Shown: positions 43,160-56,462 of the stretch, one piece after another
Numbering within the stretch: position 1 is the first letter of the stretch
How the letters are laid out: every line of letters starts with the position of its first letter
Source of the DNA: Epiperipatus broadwayi
Lineage: Eukaryota > Animalia > Onychophora
Direction: 5' to 3'
Length of the DNA: 64,000 nt
NCBI GenBank assembly: GCA_028023455.1
Contig: JAQFVV010000007.1
Location: 16,926,001 to 16,990,000 of the forward strand
Translations under genes and position numbers: made by a program
The notes under the pieces: generated by a model
What the model was told of the DNA's origin: nothing
Databases searched by the model: none
What the model saw: the letters and a program-made list of their open reading frames with translations, nothing else

Positions 43160-43716
43160 TTTATTCTTTATAAAACAGTGTTGTAGTTTTTAGGCAAATA
43201 TAAAAAAGGCATTTTCAAAGAGAAAGAAAATATTTTGCTGACATTTGAAGAGGAAATTAAGAAAAAGGTTAATTAAATGTATGTGTGGAGTATATTGTTG
43301 TATGGTTGTGAAACATGGACACTGAATAATAAAATTAAGAATGTATTGGAAGTCTTTGAGATGTGGTCATGGAAAAAATCTGTTGGATGAATAAAATAAC
43401 AAATGAAGACGGTTTGAAAAGAGTAAATAAGAAAAGAAGATTGATGGAGGAAATTAGAAATAGAAAGAGAAACTGGATTGGACATAATTTAAGTAGAAAG
43501 TATAGTTTAATGTAAGATATTTTGGAGGAAATGGCGAATGGACTCAAAAAGAAAGGATGGAAGAGATTGACTTGTTGGATGATATAAGAGATGGGAAGAG
43601 TTATGTGGAATTGAAGAGTTGGGCAATGAAGAGAACGTAGTGGCAAAATGAATGAATTGGTCGTATGAGTGCTCTCTGGATCTGTCCATTGTACAGAATG
43701 CTATTGATTGATTGAT
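43160..43716 (+). mobile_element. RTE-type LINE 3' fragment (second family)
   Basis: KAFSKRKK..YVWSILLYGCETWTL..VFEMWSW..NWIGH; (attg)n tail. Confidence 0.85.
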
Positions 43717-44469
43717 AATAATATCTATGTAATAATCAATAACCGTGACTTTTTAAAACTAACTTAATAATAGATTAATTTGGATAAGCTTAGCCTATTA
43801 TCATGTGAGTATATTATATATATAAATTGTATTTCATAAATTTAGAAAATCCAAGCACTAATAAAAAGTTAACTTTCAATGACTGTTTGTATCTGTTTAT
43901 TGGATTTTAAAAATATCAATAAAATAAATCAGATTAATTCAAAATTAATTTTTATTTAAACCTTCATTTATATAACTTTTTTAGTGGAAAAATTAATCGG
44001 ATAAATAAAAAGCTTTTAAAGACTACGAAAGTCCACAAAAACTGAACTAGGAAAAAAGTTTTAATTAACTTGGTTACATTACTTTTAAAAACTAGCAAGG
44101 TTGTCATTGAACAACTTTCGTCATCGTCTTGATTGCGTTATTTATTAATGACCAGGCCTACACGCTAACATTATAAATTTACGCATTATTAAAATATTTA
44201 CAAAAATGTAGTCACTGAAATAAAAAAATACTAATGATAAAAGACGTAAAACTAAATTGCAAATTGAAAATAATTTTGACTTGTTTAGTTTGTTACGTAA
44301 TAAAATCTTTAATAAATAAATTATCGATCAATTTGATAAATTAACATCCCACGCAACTTAATTAAGGTTTTGTTTTCTACTTCTCGGCGATTTAATAAAG
44401 TGTTGTAATGATTTTTTTATTATTTTATAAAGACCATTTTTTTAAACAAATGTCACGATGTATGTATAC

Positions 44470-44560
44470 ATGGAGTAACTAGGGTCAGAGGATCCGAACC
44501 CGCGACTTCATTAATATGCTATGCGGCCTTCCTATATTGGTTTACAGCATAGCATTATTC
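44470..44560 (-). mobile_element. tRNA-derived SINE-like element
   Basis: Minus strand gtcgcgggttcggatcc is a B box; CpGs retained. Confidence 0.45.
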
Positions 44561-45355
44561 AATATTTTATCACAAACTTTAATAAAAACTTTATATTATT
44601 ATATATGAGTAGAAGGTAAAACAATCTTTAATTAGTTCATTGCAAATCCCTCTGCAAATTCATCTACAGAAACATAGAAGACGATGAACATCAACGGGCC
44701 TGGTTTAATTCATTAGTGATTAAAATAAGCATGCCATGATAACAAAGTAGTGCGATCATAGAGATTGCCAAAAACTTTTCAATTAAGATAGAAGGAAATT
44801 TAGTAAATTGAATATTTTGGAATAATTAATTCAATAGACATAATATCAGATATCATTTTATAGATTTTGGGGGTTTTGTCATTTATTTGAGTCTTGCACT
44901 ACTGGCACTCAAACTTCTTATGAAGTCATTTGAGTATTTATTTTACTGCATTCTCCACCTCAATGCCACCAAATCACAGCCATTCATCATCTCAGAAAGC
45001 AGTACCATTCTTTGTAATTTTGTGAATAATTTTAATTTTTAAGATAAGCAAAAGATATCAAACATTTGAATCTTTACACCCATGTTAACAACTCGTTACC
45101 TTTCTTTAAATACTGACTAAATTAGTTCACTCTTTCATTACTCTTTTATATGGTAATGATGATGTTTCGAACAGATGTGAAAATATTTTTATAATTATTA
45201 AATGATGATTCAAATGTCCAGATAACTATTTTAAATGTCATCCTATGTGTTTTAGTGCAGGATAGAGTGTCACATTCTGGAGTGTAAGATCCTTACATAG
45301 ATACAACTTCTGGTGCTCCCACCTCTTAGACTTCTTATGACATCCTGAACAATAC

Positions 45356-45795
45356 TATCAAACATCACATGATCACCATTCTTTATGCTTACACAAGGTG
45401 TTTTCACAGAGGCAAAACTGTCCATACAGTAGCACTACTCAGTGCAAGCCAGAGTAATCAATGGATGCAGGAAGGTTTGTGCATAAAATCCCTATCTAAT
45501 GCCTACTCATCCAATATCCCCAGACTAGTTTCTAGCTTGTGATTTTCATAAGCTAGAAACTAATTGGGGGATATTGGAGTAAATAGGGATTTTACACAGA
45601 GAGTCCTAAGATTTAGGTACAGTGATCTCATATCCATGACTCCTCACTGACGAAAGTCACAAGCAAGAAACTAGTCTGGAGATATTGAATGAGTAGGCAC
45701 TAGATAGGGATTTTATGCACAAACCTTCCTGCATCCATTGATTACTCTAGCTTGCATAGAATGGTCCTACTGCATGGAGAGTTTTACTTATGTGA
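45356..45795. mobile_element. Family A inverted pair with an extra mini fold-back inside the HHR
   Basis: Left arm from aaacatcacatgatcacc; ccccagactagtttctagctt...aagctagaaactaattggggg at 45518-45572; right arm with full HHR. Confidence 0.9.
45640..45683 (+). ncRNA. Type I hammerhead ribozyme, complete core; predicted cleavage after C45676
   Basis: ctcctca-CTGACGA-aagt cacaa gcaa-GAAA-CTAG-TC|tggagat; palindromic stem III ACTAGT; stem II weak. Confidence 0.8.
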
Positions 45796-48576
45796 ATGCT
45801 GAACAATAGACATTCTATTTTTTTTTTATTTCCCGATATTTTTTAATGCAATGGTAAAGTAAGATACTCTGAAGATTAAGATTTCTGGGCTATCCAAGTG
45901 ACCTCTAGTGCTTGAAAAAATTATTGAGTTGTAAACTATTTGATTATTTAGTTGCTATATTAAATTACATATCCATCTTAAATTATATTTACAGATAACT
46001 ATTCAGCTAAATGAAGTAAAAATAAATTTCTCTAAAACCAGAAACATAAAAACTTCAGACTGTGAGGGATATTTAAAAAGTATTAAAATATAGTGATGAT
46101 TGTTCTGAAACTATTGCAAAATGTGATACTAATATATGGCTTAATAATAGAATGGAGACAACTACCTTCAAATCAACCAATGCAATGTTAGTGAGCAAAA
46201 GAATAGAGAAGACCTGCAATTCTTACACTTTTTAAAGTAAATAAAACTAAGTTTGTCAATCATGTTGAAATTTTGGAATAAAATTAATATTAATGCCAGA
46301 TGTAAATATGATACTATCAGTTATGAAATCATATCTAATCAGGCATGAACATAATGTGGTGGACTTGTTTAGTTATTTCATGGCTAGAGAGAGTTTGGTC
46401 ATTTTCTGCTCTATTTTCATATTCACTTAATGCTATGTGAAGTTAGTATTCAATATTTACTAAATAAATATATAATGTATGAAGTTATTTTTTCTAATTT
46501 TAAAGTTATTTCTATTATTTTAATTTTCAAAAATTTATTGTTGGAATGTCATTATCATTTATTACAGCACAGGATATGGATTTATTAAGCACTGCCATCT
46601 ATTATTGTTTACTAAAACTTGTAGTAAATGGCACAAAGAAGATGAAAAAGTGTACTGCTAAAACAGCACTGTGCAAGATAAATCCATGTGATAGGTCATG
46701 TGATAGTTTATTTATTATGATAACAGAAGTGTTATTAGCAAAAGTGTAATTTATATGTCACTTTTATTGAATTGATCAAAGTAATTAACCAAAGAGGTTC
46801 CTGGTATCATTTGATATTAACTGGCTGTCAAAGAGGGTTATTTTTATTATACATCTTCTACTTAATGATATGAAAGAAAGTATTATTATATACATGAAAA
46901 ATCTATAGGGTATTTGAAATGAAGACTGTATTTACATAGGAATATGTACTAGCTGTAACTTTGGATTTTATTTTCAGGTAATGGTCTTTGGATCACTTCA
47001 AAGATAACTTCATGAAATACAGTGTAGCTGTGAACTACACTGTATCTAACTAAATAACTTTGATTATATACTATTCAAAGAAAAATGTATATAAACCAAC
47101 AAAAAACATTAAAATTCATACATTTTAAGCTGAGTGTAGTTAATAAACTTTCTTCAATAGATGTCGAAAGCCCATACATTTGTCTTTTTTTATTATTTTT
47201 TCCAAATTTGCTATGCACTATTTCACTTAATAAAATATTTTCTAAGAATAAGGTTTTACAAAACTTTAAAACATATTTAACCTACAAACTGCACTTTGTG
47301 ATCATTCTCATATGCAGCTTTAACTCATTCTCAAATTACTACTTTTAATGTTATTTTGCTAATTTTAACAGTTATTTTATTGAGAAAATCATACTGAATG
47401 ATGCTACCATCTTTAGAATTTATTTACAACTAACAAATTCATATTTAAATTTAACAGTATAATAATGATATAAGCACTGCCTTTCAAGGTGCTGATTGAT
47501 TGTTTCTTATGTTCTCCACCAGAGTTCAACTATCAATAAATCTTGACAGTTCAATTTTTCATTTTGATTTTTCAAGGGAAAACATAAGTTTTAGAACCTT
47601 TTTTTTTGATTCATTAATAATTTTTTTCACAAAATATGTTTGAAATATAAATTATTTTAGAAAAACAATTCAGATTTTAGTAGAAAATTTTACTTTACAT
47701 GAAGGCAAATTGACAAAGAAAGATCAACAATGAACAGCTTCATTTTATAATTAGATAACAACTATTTTATATTTACCCCTATAGATCATTTTCATCAATT
47801 ACAAATAGAAATTTGTATCTTAAAAAAACTTGTTCATTTTAATAATCGGTAGTATTAATTTGCATTTTAGAAACTAAACAAAAACAAATATAGTTTTAAA
47901 AGGTAAATATATTTTTACTGCCGATTCTGTAATTGACCAATCAAAAGTTTGGAACTTTAATTGAATCTGCCAATAGGGATTCTGAACTATTAAACAGTTA
48001 AGGTTAATATTGATTTAAAAACATTAAGATAATTAGAGAGATTGTAATTTCTTGTTAAAGAGACAAGTCTGTTATTGCTATAAAAGAAAAGTTATTGACA
48101 AAAAAAATATTGCTCAGAGCATATTTAATAGCAGACAAAAATCAGATATTTTTTCTATTTATTTTATTTTAAAGATAAAAATATAATGGAAGTTAATTTT
48201 TTTTATTGCTTCAATACGTACATTAGTGAATGCATATTCATTAAAATAAAATAAATATCTATTCAATTTATTATTAATAACTATATTATTATTATTTCAA
48301 ATTTTGTTTATACTATAATTTTAATTTATATACATAATATATACACAAAAATGTCTGTGTTATGTATATGTGTGTGTTGAAAAATACTATATACTTGCAG
48401 TTCAATAAGCACTATGTATTCAATTATAATTAATGTTTATCATCAAAAGGTGAATTATTATATGCTGCTGTGTACATTGAATGTGAAAGGGATTTGGAGC
48501 AAAATATAGCATAGTTCATGAATCTACTGTAGAGATGAAACTTTCTGGCAATTCAAAAAATGATTTACAAAATGCT

Positions 48577-48826
48577 TCATCATCATCATCATCATTTTCA
48601 ACATTCAATCAATTTCTTATTTCTAGTCTCTCTTTTTCATAACATACCAGCACACTTCCTTATTTTATCCATCCACCTTACATGTGATCTCTTTCTAAGT
48701 CTTTTACAATTTCTTGGAATCTGGTTTATGATTGCAACTGTACATCTACTATTGTCTCTTCTAGCAATAAGTCCAACACAATTGAACTTTAATTTCTTAA
48801 TTCTTTCAATGACATCACTAATATGT
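48577..48826 (-). mobile_element. RTE-1 LINE 3' fragment
   Basis: (cat)n tail and a body homologous to 8031-8310. Confidence 0.88.
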
Positions 48827-49029
48827 TAACAAAATATTTATGAAGTACTTTTATTTAGTAAATACTATTCAAAAATTCAGATGCTTTATTACCCAATGGA
48901 AATAAATATTCAGAAATTTTTGCCTTAAGACAGTTAGAAACAGTTATATTAATGCAAGTATTCATTATATAAAAGAAACTGCAGACAATATTGGTATATT
49001 CTAAGATATTATAATATAAAGACAACATA

Positions 49030-49560
49030 ACATCAAAAATTAAAAGCATTGTAAACTCAATCCCTTTTGAAGCATGTGGAGTTTATGAAATTTCCATGTA
49101 ATATTTGTAAAGCGACCTATATATGTATGAGTAATTATCACATCAATGATAGAAGAGATTAACATATTAATGCAGTTTAAAAAACATTCATCAGAACTAT
49201 TTTTCCATGGTATAGATACAGATTTTTCTAACACGAGAATACTATTCTGATATGACAATCTTCAACAATGTCAGATCAAAGAAGCCATTGAGATCTTTAA
49301 AAGGCCAGATTGTATCAGAAAAAGTGATAATACATGCAAATTGATTTCTATTTAGAATTTTTTTTTAAAAACTCATTCATCTAAATCAATTCTCATAATT
49401 ATTATTTCTATTTTCTATTAATAGCATGTTTATTATTGTTATGTATCAGTATTTACAGCACCTCTACAATTACTTTATAATATTTATTAACCAGGTGATG
49501 ACCAGTGTGACCTAACCAAAACATTGGTTTATACATATATTTTCAATAAATCATACACGA
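49030..49560 (+). pseudogene. Penelope-like element 3' end: decayed GIY-YIG endonuclease and pLTR with HHR-like remnant
   Basis: CGVYEI(fs)PCNICKATYI..NDRRD*H ... NTRIL ... QIKEAIEIFKRPDCIRKSDNTCKLISI*; downstream aacc ag GTGATGA...cc AAAA CATT ggtt at 49489-49529. Confidence 0.8.
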
Positions 49561-50248
49561 ATGTACCCCAGTAATATTTCATATATATATATATACATAT
49601 ATATCAAATTATTTCAGCATTCAGATATTCAGCTATGCCCTGTGTGACTAAATATATGAGTACCCATTTCAAAATAGCCACTTCAAAAAATACCTTAATA
49701 TCTTAATGTTGAGATAGTTTGATATTTGGATATTTATTTCAATATAGCATTATGCACTGGAATTATTTTCATATATATATACTTCCTGTAATAATTGCAT
49801 AAGTATCATAGAATTACATATATATTAAGTTCTGAAAGTATTATGTATAACATGACTTTATTGTTCAGACTTCTCTATATATAAAATTGTTATCTTGTAC
49901 TACGAGTAGAGAGCATTTCAATTTTTATTGTAACAGTTCCATGAGTTTTAAGCTTAATATATATATATATCCTGTGCATTTTGGCACAATTGGTACATTG
50001 TTCTACTTGAGATCACGAGGTAACAGGATTGATTCTGATACTCACAGGGCTGGAACTTGAATTTCATATGATCTCTTGAGCAATATATATATATAATATC
50101 TGTCTGATTTTATTCTTTATTTCCCAAATGTAATTTTGGTCACTGCTATAAAAGATATCAAAGCTACTGTTAATTATTAGATTACATGGTTAAGCTTGGA
50201 GCTGCCAATTTTAATTGAATAGTTATCTAATAACATCAGTGCTGGAGA

Positions 50249-50282
<34 letters not shown>

Positions 50283-50421
50283 AAAGTTCCAACCAGTAAC
50301 CACCTAAACATTCACAATAAAATATAGTAATCAATATTTCTAACTGCTGTCAAGGCAATCTTCACACCTTTTAATAGCAAGAATGAAATCCCATTCTTAC
50401 TAATGGTCCATATATATATAT

Positions 50422-50461
50422 TGTAACGATATGGACAATTATAACGTCTGTGCTCATTACA
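50422..50461. mobile_element. 40-bp TGTAACGA...TCATTACA miniature with ATAT TSD
   Basis: First 11 nt TGTAACGATAT identical to the minus-strand start of 17842-19915; ATAT on both sides. Confidence 0.65.
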
Positions 50462-50534
50462 ATATATATATATTATGTTTAATGTTTTTACAGATATATG
50501 CTGTAAATAAAGTATAAAGTAGTGGTTAAACTAG

Positions 50535-51300
50535 GTGTTATTTTTGATTAGTTCCTAACATTTCGATGAAATAGCATCTGCCATTGTCAAGGTTAACTTT
50601 CCAATGAAAAACTGTTAGATCTCAAATAGTAACAAGATTGAGTGTCAGGTAATAGTTGAGCATTCAGAATATGTGAATTAACAAAATGTTTATTTTCTTC
50701 AATTTTACCAATAATTGATTTCAAGTTTATATTAGAAGAAAGAAAGAAAATAAGTCATCTTCATAAGGCTGGAATACATTGTGCTCTACATCTCTATGTA
50801 AACCAGTTTGTCCTTTTAATATTTCAATAGACTTCATCATAATTCTCAAATCATATTTTTTAAATTAGCAAATATTTTTCCATTATCACATTTTTTTTAG
50901 AAATTGGTCACAACCCTGATTTTGCCAATGCTAAGATACTTGCTAATTTGGAAAAGTATGAGTTAAGAACCATGAGGGAGTTAATTGAAATATTTAAAAT
51001 ACCAATTGGTTTAAATAGAGCTGATGAAGCACAATGTATTCCAGCCTTATGGAAACCACTTATTTTAATTTTTTCTTCTAATATAAACTTGAAATTAATT
51101 AATGGTGAAACTTAAGAAAATAAACATTTTGTTAATCCACGTATTCTGAATGCTTAACAACTTCATGCTCAATCTCATTCTTTGCCTCACACTCAATCCC
51201 CTTACTATTTGAGATCTAGCGGTTTCCTTGAAAAAGTAGCTATAACAATGGTGGATGCTAATTCATTGAAACATTGGGAAATAATCCAAGATAACATATG
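50535..51300. mobile_element. Family D inverted pair, ~260-bp diverged arms
   Basis: 50540-50790 is reverse-complementary to 51025-51295 (e.g. aaggctggaatacattgtgct / agcacaatgtattccagcctt). Confidence 0.85.
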
Positions 51301-51398
51301 GTTTAACCCAAAAACTACTTTACATTTATATATGTAATATAAATAAAATGTCCATTAATTAATAGTTAATTACCATTATATTGATTTTTTTATTGTTA

Positions 51399-51440
<42 letters not shown>

Positions 51441-51444
<4 letters not shown>

Positions 51445-51586
51445 GAGATGGATGGATGAAATAAGAAAGTGTGCAGGGGTGATGTGGAGAAGAGAAGCTG
51501 AAGATCGGAGAAGATGGATTAAATTTGGAGAGACCTTCATCCTGCAGTGGATTGATAATGCTTGATAATGATGATGATGATGATGA
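51441..51586 (+). mobile_element. RTE-1 LINE 3' fragment inserted after a (CA)n(TA)n tract
   Basis: gagatggatggatgaaataagaaagtgtgc...ttcatcctgcagtggattgataatg + (gat)n. Confidence 0.92.
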
Positions 51587-51626
51587 TATAATAAATAAAA
51601 TATCCGTTAATTAAAAACAATATTGT

Positions 51627-51827
51627 AATTATAATTGAAATAATATTTTTAATGGTTTACAAACAATTACAAACAATCCTTAAATCCGCAGAAGTACTTT
51701 CGGTTACTTTCTAACCTGCTTCATGGCAGTTGAAGCAGGTTAGAAAGTAACCGAAAGTACTTCTGCGGATTTAAGGATTGTTTGTAATTGTTTGTAAACC
51801 GTTAAAAATATTATTTCAATTGTAATT
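51627..51827. repeat. Near-perfect fold-back (family G), 97-bp arms, 7-nt loop, 2 mismatches
   Basis: 51627-51723 vs 51731-51827; both mismatches are T opposite G. Confidence 0.97.
51726..51766 (+). ncRNA. Variant type I hammerhead motif; predicted cleavage after T51762
   Basis: gcag-TTGAAGCA-GGTTA gaaag TAACC-GAA-AGTACT-T|ctgc; stem I gcag/ctgc, 5-bp stem II, palindromic stem III; core deviates from CTGANGA. Confidence 0.6.
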
Positions 51828-53742
51828 TTATATATATATATAAACTAATAATGATGAACAACCTTATTACAATGGAGGAGTAGACAGGAACACAAAACTC
51901 TGCATTACCCAGAATAAGATACTATTTAAAAAAAGCAGAAGATAAAACAAAACTCTCTTCCACATCTGTTAGAGTATGAGATTCTTTAACAATATTAAAG
52001 GAAAAGTATATACTGATATGGAAATGCAAATCTAAGACTAACAATATTAATATCTCAAGATTGATTCTCCTTTTTGCATCTAAAGTACACATTAAATATT
52101 AATGAATAAATTCTCTACATTTACATATCTTAATAAAGCTAGCAAGTTGGTTCTTAGTTCTTAGGTTATATTAATTAGAGTGAACAATTATCTCATGGTT
52201 TTAACAACATATAACAATTACTATTCTAAAACTAGAATCTCATTAATTATGGAAAATGATTTATTATTGATATGATTAAATAGCAAAAGGATTTTATTGT
52301 ATTTACTCATACCTCAAATGAATAAAAATTACAATTGAAATGGTGTAAATAAATGAAATAGAGAATAATATTTCTTCTAGGCAATGTGTAATAATTTATA
52401 AAATCATGTGACCATATATTATTTATTTAAAAACATGTCCATGTTGAGCTACAGTAATGATAAAACCAATGTAATAACAATAACAATAAGTTCTCTACAA
52501 CAATGAAAAAAATATTGTAATATTATTCTAATAAATACTGCTTTAATAATAAATATATGTGTGATACATCAAAAATGTGATATGATAATAAAATAACACT
52601 CCATTGAAGAAGTTTGTATAGCATTTAATTTAAAATATTATATAAAAACAATTAGCAAAATATGAGCATGTTTTTATTGCATCCTTAATTAAAACAACAA
52701 TAATGTGTTCTTATAGGTATCAGAGACTCATAAACTGAATCATTTATAAAAGAGCAGAGTATTATCCCAATTGATATATTTTATTCTAAGAAAGTACAAT
52801 TTTAACTTGATCTGATCATTCCATGTGCTAGTGGCATTACATAATATACTTAGCAAGCTTATATTATAACTAAAATTACAATGAGATATTGTTAGGAGTT
52901 TGGCTTAACTAAATATTTATTTATGTGGTTGTTCATTGCCACAAACATAATAAAATATACTATTTAATTTTTATCAAGTAAGTACCTCTTTAGATAAAAA
53001 ACATAAGACTAATCTTAATAAATATTTGAATATATAATCTAGAAGTGATCATTAAAACATATTAGTGTTAAATATTATCTTGAACCACAAATGACCTTTG
53101 ATTAACTTCAAGTCTTGTTAACTGATCTCCAATGTACAAAAAAATATTACTACACATTCAGACCACTTACAATCATAAATATAATATGTTACCTGTATCT
53201 TCTTTATTATATCTTTCTTCTTTGATAACTTTTATAAAGCAATAAAATTTTAAATATTATAAAATTAAACAAATTAAATAGCTATGTTACATTCTTAAAA
53301 TTATAATTCTTAGTCTTTAAAAGTATTCAAGAATAATTATTTTGTGATCATTTAAGTATTTACAAAATTGATGAATCCTAATGAATTAGTTTAACAACAC
53401 TTAATCCTCATGAAAAATACTTAATAATAAAAGCTGAACTTTTCACATGCAAATCCACAAAAAGTCAGCATTTCAAATAATATTTGAGAAGTTAAACACA
53501 GTAATTAATTTTTAAGGCATTACTTTCATTGATTATAAAAATTTATGAAGATAAGATATTAATGAATAGAACTCCATTTATTAACCTTTGTAATAATTAT
53601 TCATAATTGTAGATTACGGTAGACATTATAGTATTAAGTAGTATTTGATCCACTGGTTGCATTAGTTTCAAAATAAACATTCAAAATTTTAAGTAGTTTT
53701 TTTGTGAATATAATATAAAGCCATTTGTTAATCTTTTAATAA

Positions 53743-54355
53743 GGGTACCAAATTCTTCATATAGTAGTGGCACCAAGTGCAAGCCTTTGTAAACAGTGCA
53801 TGTATGAAGGTTTGTGGATAAAACCCCTATCTAGTGCATACTCATCCATCAGTGAGGAGTCTTGGACTTGAGAGCACTGCACCTAAATCTTATGATCTAA
53901 TACAACTCTCCAGCAGTCATCTTTTACCTATTTGGTTAACTATAAAGCTAGGAGTCCAAGTAAAAACACCATAATATTTCTAACCCAAGCTCATTCACTT
54001 GTAGATCTGATCTCAGTTCAGCATCTTTACATTTTGGTGTCTTTGATTTTTCAAAAACCACATTCATCATTAATCTATGAGCACACTAGGTATAAAACCA
54101 TCCACTAGATCCTAAGATCTAGGTGCAGTGCTCTCAAATCCAAGGTTTTTCACTGATTAAAGTCACTTGCTAGCAACTAGTCTAGAGATGTCATCTGAGC
54201 AGACACTAGATAGGGATTTTATGCATAAACTTTCCTGCATTCATTGATTATTTAAGGCTTGCACTTGGTAGCACTACTGTATGAGAGTTTGGTACTCTTA
54301 TTAACAACATGTCTAAGCATATGAAATGATGATTGTGTGATATTTTGATGGTTTT
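53743..54355. mobile_element. Family A inverted pair, longest copy
   Basis: Minus arm plus upstream region, then ctagatcctaagatctagg and a plus arm with CTGATTA...GCAA-CTAGTC, ending near gtgtgatattttgatggttt. Confidence 0.9.
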
Positions 54356-55507
54356 AATCCATTGATTACTTTTATAATTCTCCTCAAAATCTTTATGATG
54401 ATCCAGCAAGTATAAATTCCAAAAAAAAGTGATTTCTGGTTTGGAGAAGAGATGAATAAGTAATGCTGTTTAAATAAAATGCAGCATTCCAAGAGTTAAA
54501 TTCAAATATTTGCTTTTTTTTTGCTTTCAAATTCATTATTAAATGATATACCTTGTTAAGCATTTAGTTTCTCTATTCAGGACAAATGTTTAGTTGGTTG
54601 TCTATTCAGACATCATTTTAGTGCAGTATGCCAAGATGGCTAATTTTGCATTTAAATCCAATGCAGTCCTTCTGCATACAATTAGTAAAAGATTAACAAT
54701 TTTTAACACATATATATTTATAGGTTCCTGCCATATAATTAGTGACATCATAAATTTTACCTAAAATCCTTCATTTTTTGGATTTTTTACAGAAATATTC
54801 CATCACTATTGTTAAGAAATTGTAGGCTGCAGATAGTGCCAAAATTTATGATGATATGTTAAAATTATAGACGAATATTATTTTAATACATCAAAAAACC
54901 CAATTACCTTAATTTCTAATTAATTTACAATTACCTTAATTAATGATTGAAATAAAATAAATATTTACTATTATTTTTCAAATAACTTATAATATTAAAA
55001 TAATAAACTAAATGATTTCTTTTCTAAGTTCCCATCATAATTAATAATAAATTTAATTATTACTTTAATAATAAGTTCATTAAAGTATTTTAGAAACATT
55101 CAACCATATAACTATCCACGCATGCATACACATGTGTTTGAATATTATGTTGAATCCTTATATTATTATTAAGTGTAATTTAAATCATCTAGCTGTAATA
55201 ATAAAGTTACTTTTGTACTAAAATATTTTTCAATATTTTATTCTTGTTATAATTAATATTATAGCTTGTCATTCTGTCTGTTATTCCTTCGAAATTAATT
55301 TTAAAATGTGAGTGTATCCTTTTTCTAAATGAAATTTTAACCGAGATAAAACATAATTTGATACATATTTTTTTAACACACTGTGAATTTATATAACTTG
55401 CACAGGAAGACATCTTGGATCAATTTACTAATTTGTTTCACTATATAAAAGTGTATAATATTAATATCATTTCCAATCATATTATTTGCAATAATAATAA
55501 TAGTAAA

Positions 55508-55724
55508 TAAACATCACATGATCACCATTTCTTATGCTTGTTCTTAACTGTTATTAAATCAGGCAAAACTTTCTATGTGCATTGCCACTCAGTGCAAGCC
55601 AGAGCAATCAATCCAAGGCTCCTCACTTATGAAGGCCACAAGCCAGAAACTAGTCTGGGGATATTGTATGAGTAGGCACTAGAAGGGGATTTTATGCATA
55701 AGCCTTCTAGCATGTATTGATTAC
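55508..55724. mobile_element. Family A inverted pair; plus-strand HHR at 55619-55662 (G5U)
   Basis: ctcctca-CTTATGA-a ggc cacaa gcc a-GAAA-CTAGTC-tggggat; stem II ggc/gcc covaries with agc/gct of other copies. Confidence 0.9.
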
Positions 55725-55915
55725 AATATATATAAATCTGATATGCAGTTAAATATAAATAATGACTTTTTAAACTGACTACATCTGTAAGGTACAACAA
55801 TTATTTTATGTTTATTTATAATTTAATTTTTAAAAAATGTAAAATCACTAGTCTTTTGATATTAGCAGCAAGTTTAGTCGTTTTAATATTTAATTAAGCT
55901 TTCAATCCTGTATTA

Positions 55916-56462
55916 CAGAGGTGAGAAATTGTTTTGGCTGTGGGGGGGGGGGCACTTTGTGAAAGCGGAGGTTAGCGGGGGAAGTTCTCATCTTTTAAAA
56001 TGATTGCCTTCATTAGTTAACTTTGCATTTCAGAAAAGGTATAAATTGTACCATAAAAATCAATAAATTAAATAAAATAGTGGCAGTTTTATTCAATTTA
56101 TTTATCGTGTTAATTTCTTATCATCTATAGTTGCAAGCACATTTAATTTTAGAATCAGTTTAATGAGACAAATGTGCCCTATCACACTTTTCTACAATTT
56201 TTTTGAAATCAGGAGTGAGATTGCTTGTTGAGATTTTCATCACAACCTACAAGTTAATGTCTGTCAAAGAGCATCTATATTTACTCTTGTTGATCTTCAA
56301 GCAAGAAAAACTTTGCTCACAAATATATATAGACCCAAATATAGAGAAATACGAGACGAATCTTCGGTCGCACAACGGAAGGAAATCTCGTTTCAAGAGG
56401 GATTTTTCTGTTTTGGCGGGCCATAAAAAACTCTTCCACGGGCCGCTATTTGCCCAACCTTG
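55916..56462 (-). mobile_element. Non-autonomous hAT element keeping the C-terminal dimerisation-domain remnant
   Basis: Minus strand FGSIYICEQSFSCLKINKSKYRCSLTDINL; termini caaggttgggcaaat / cagaggtgagaaatt; no clean 8-bp TSD. Confidence 0.8.
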
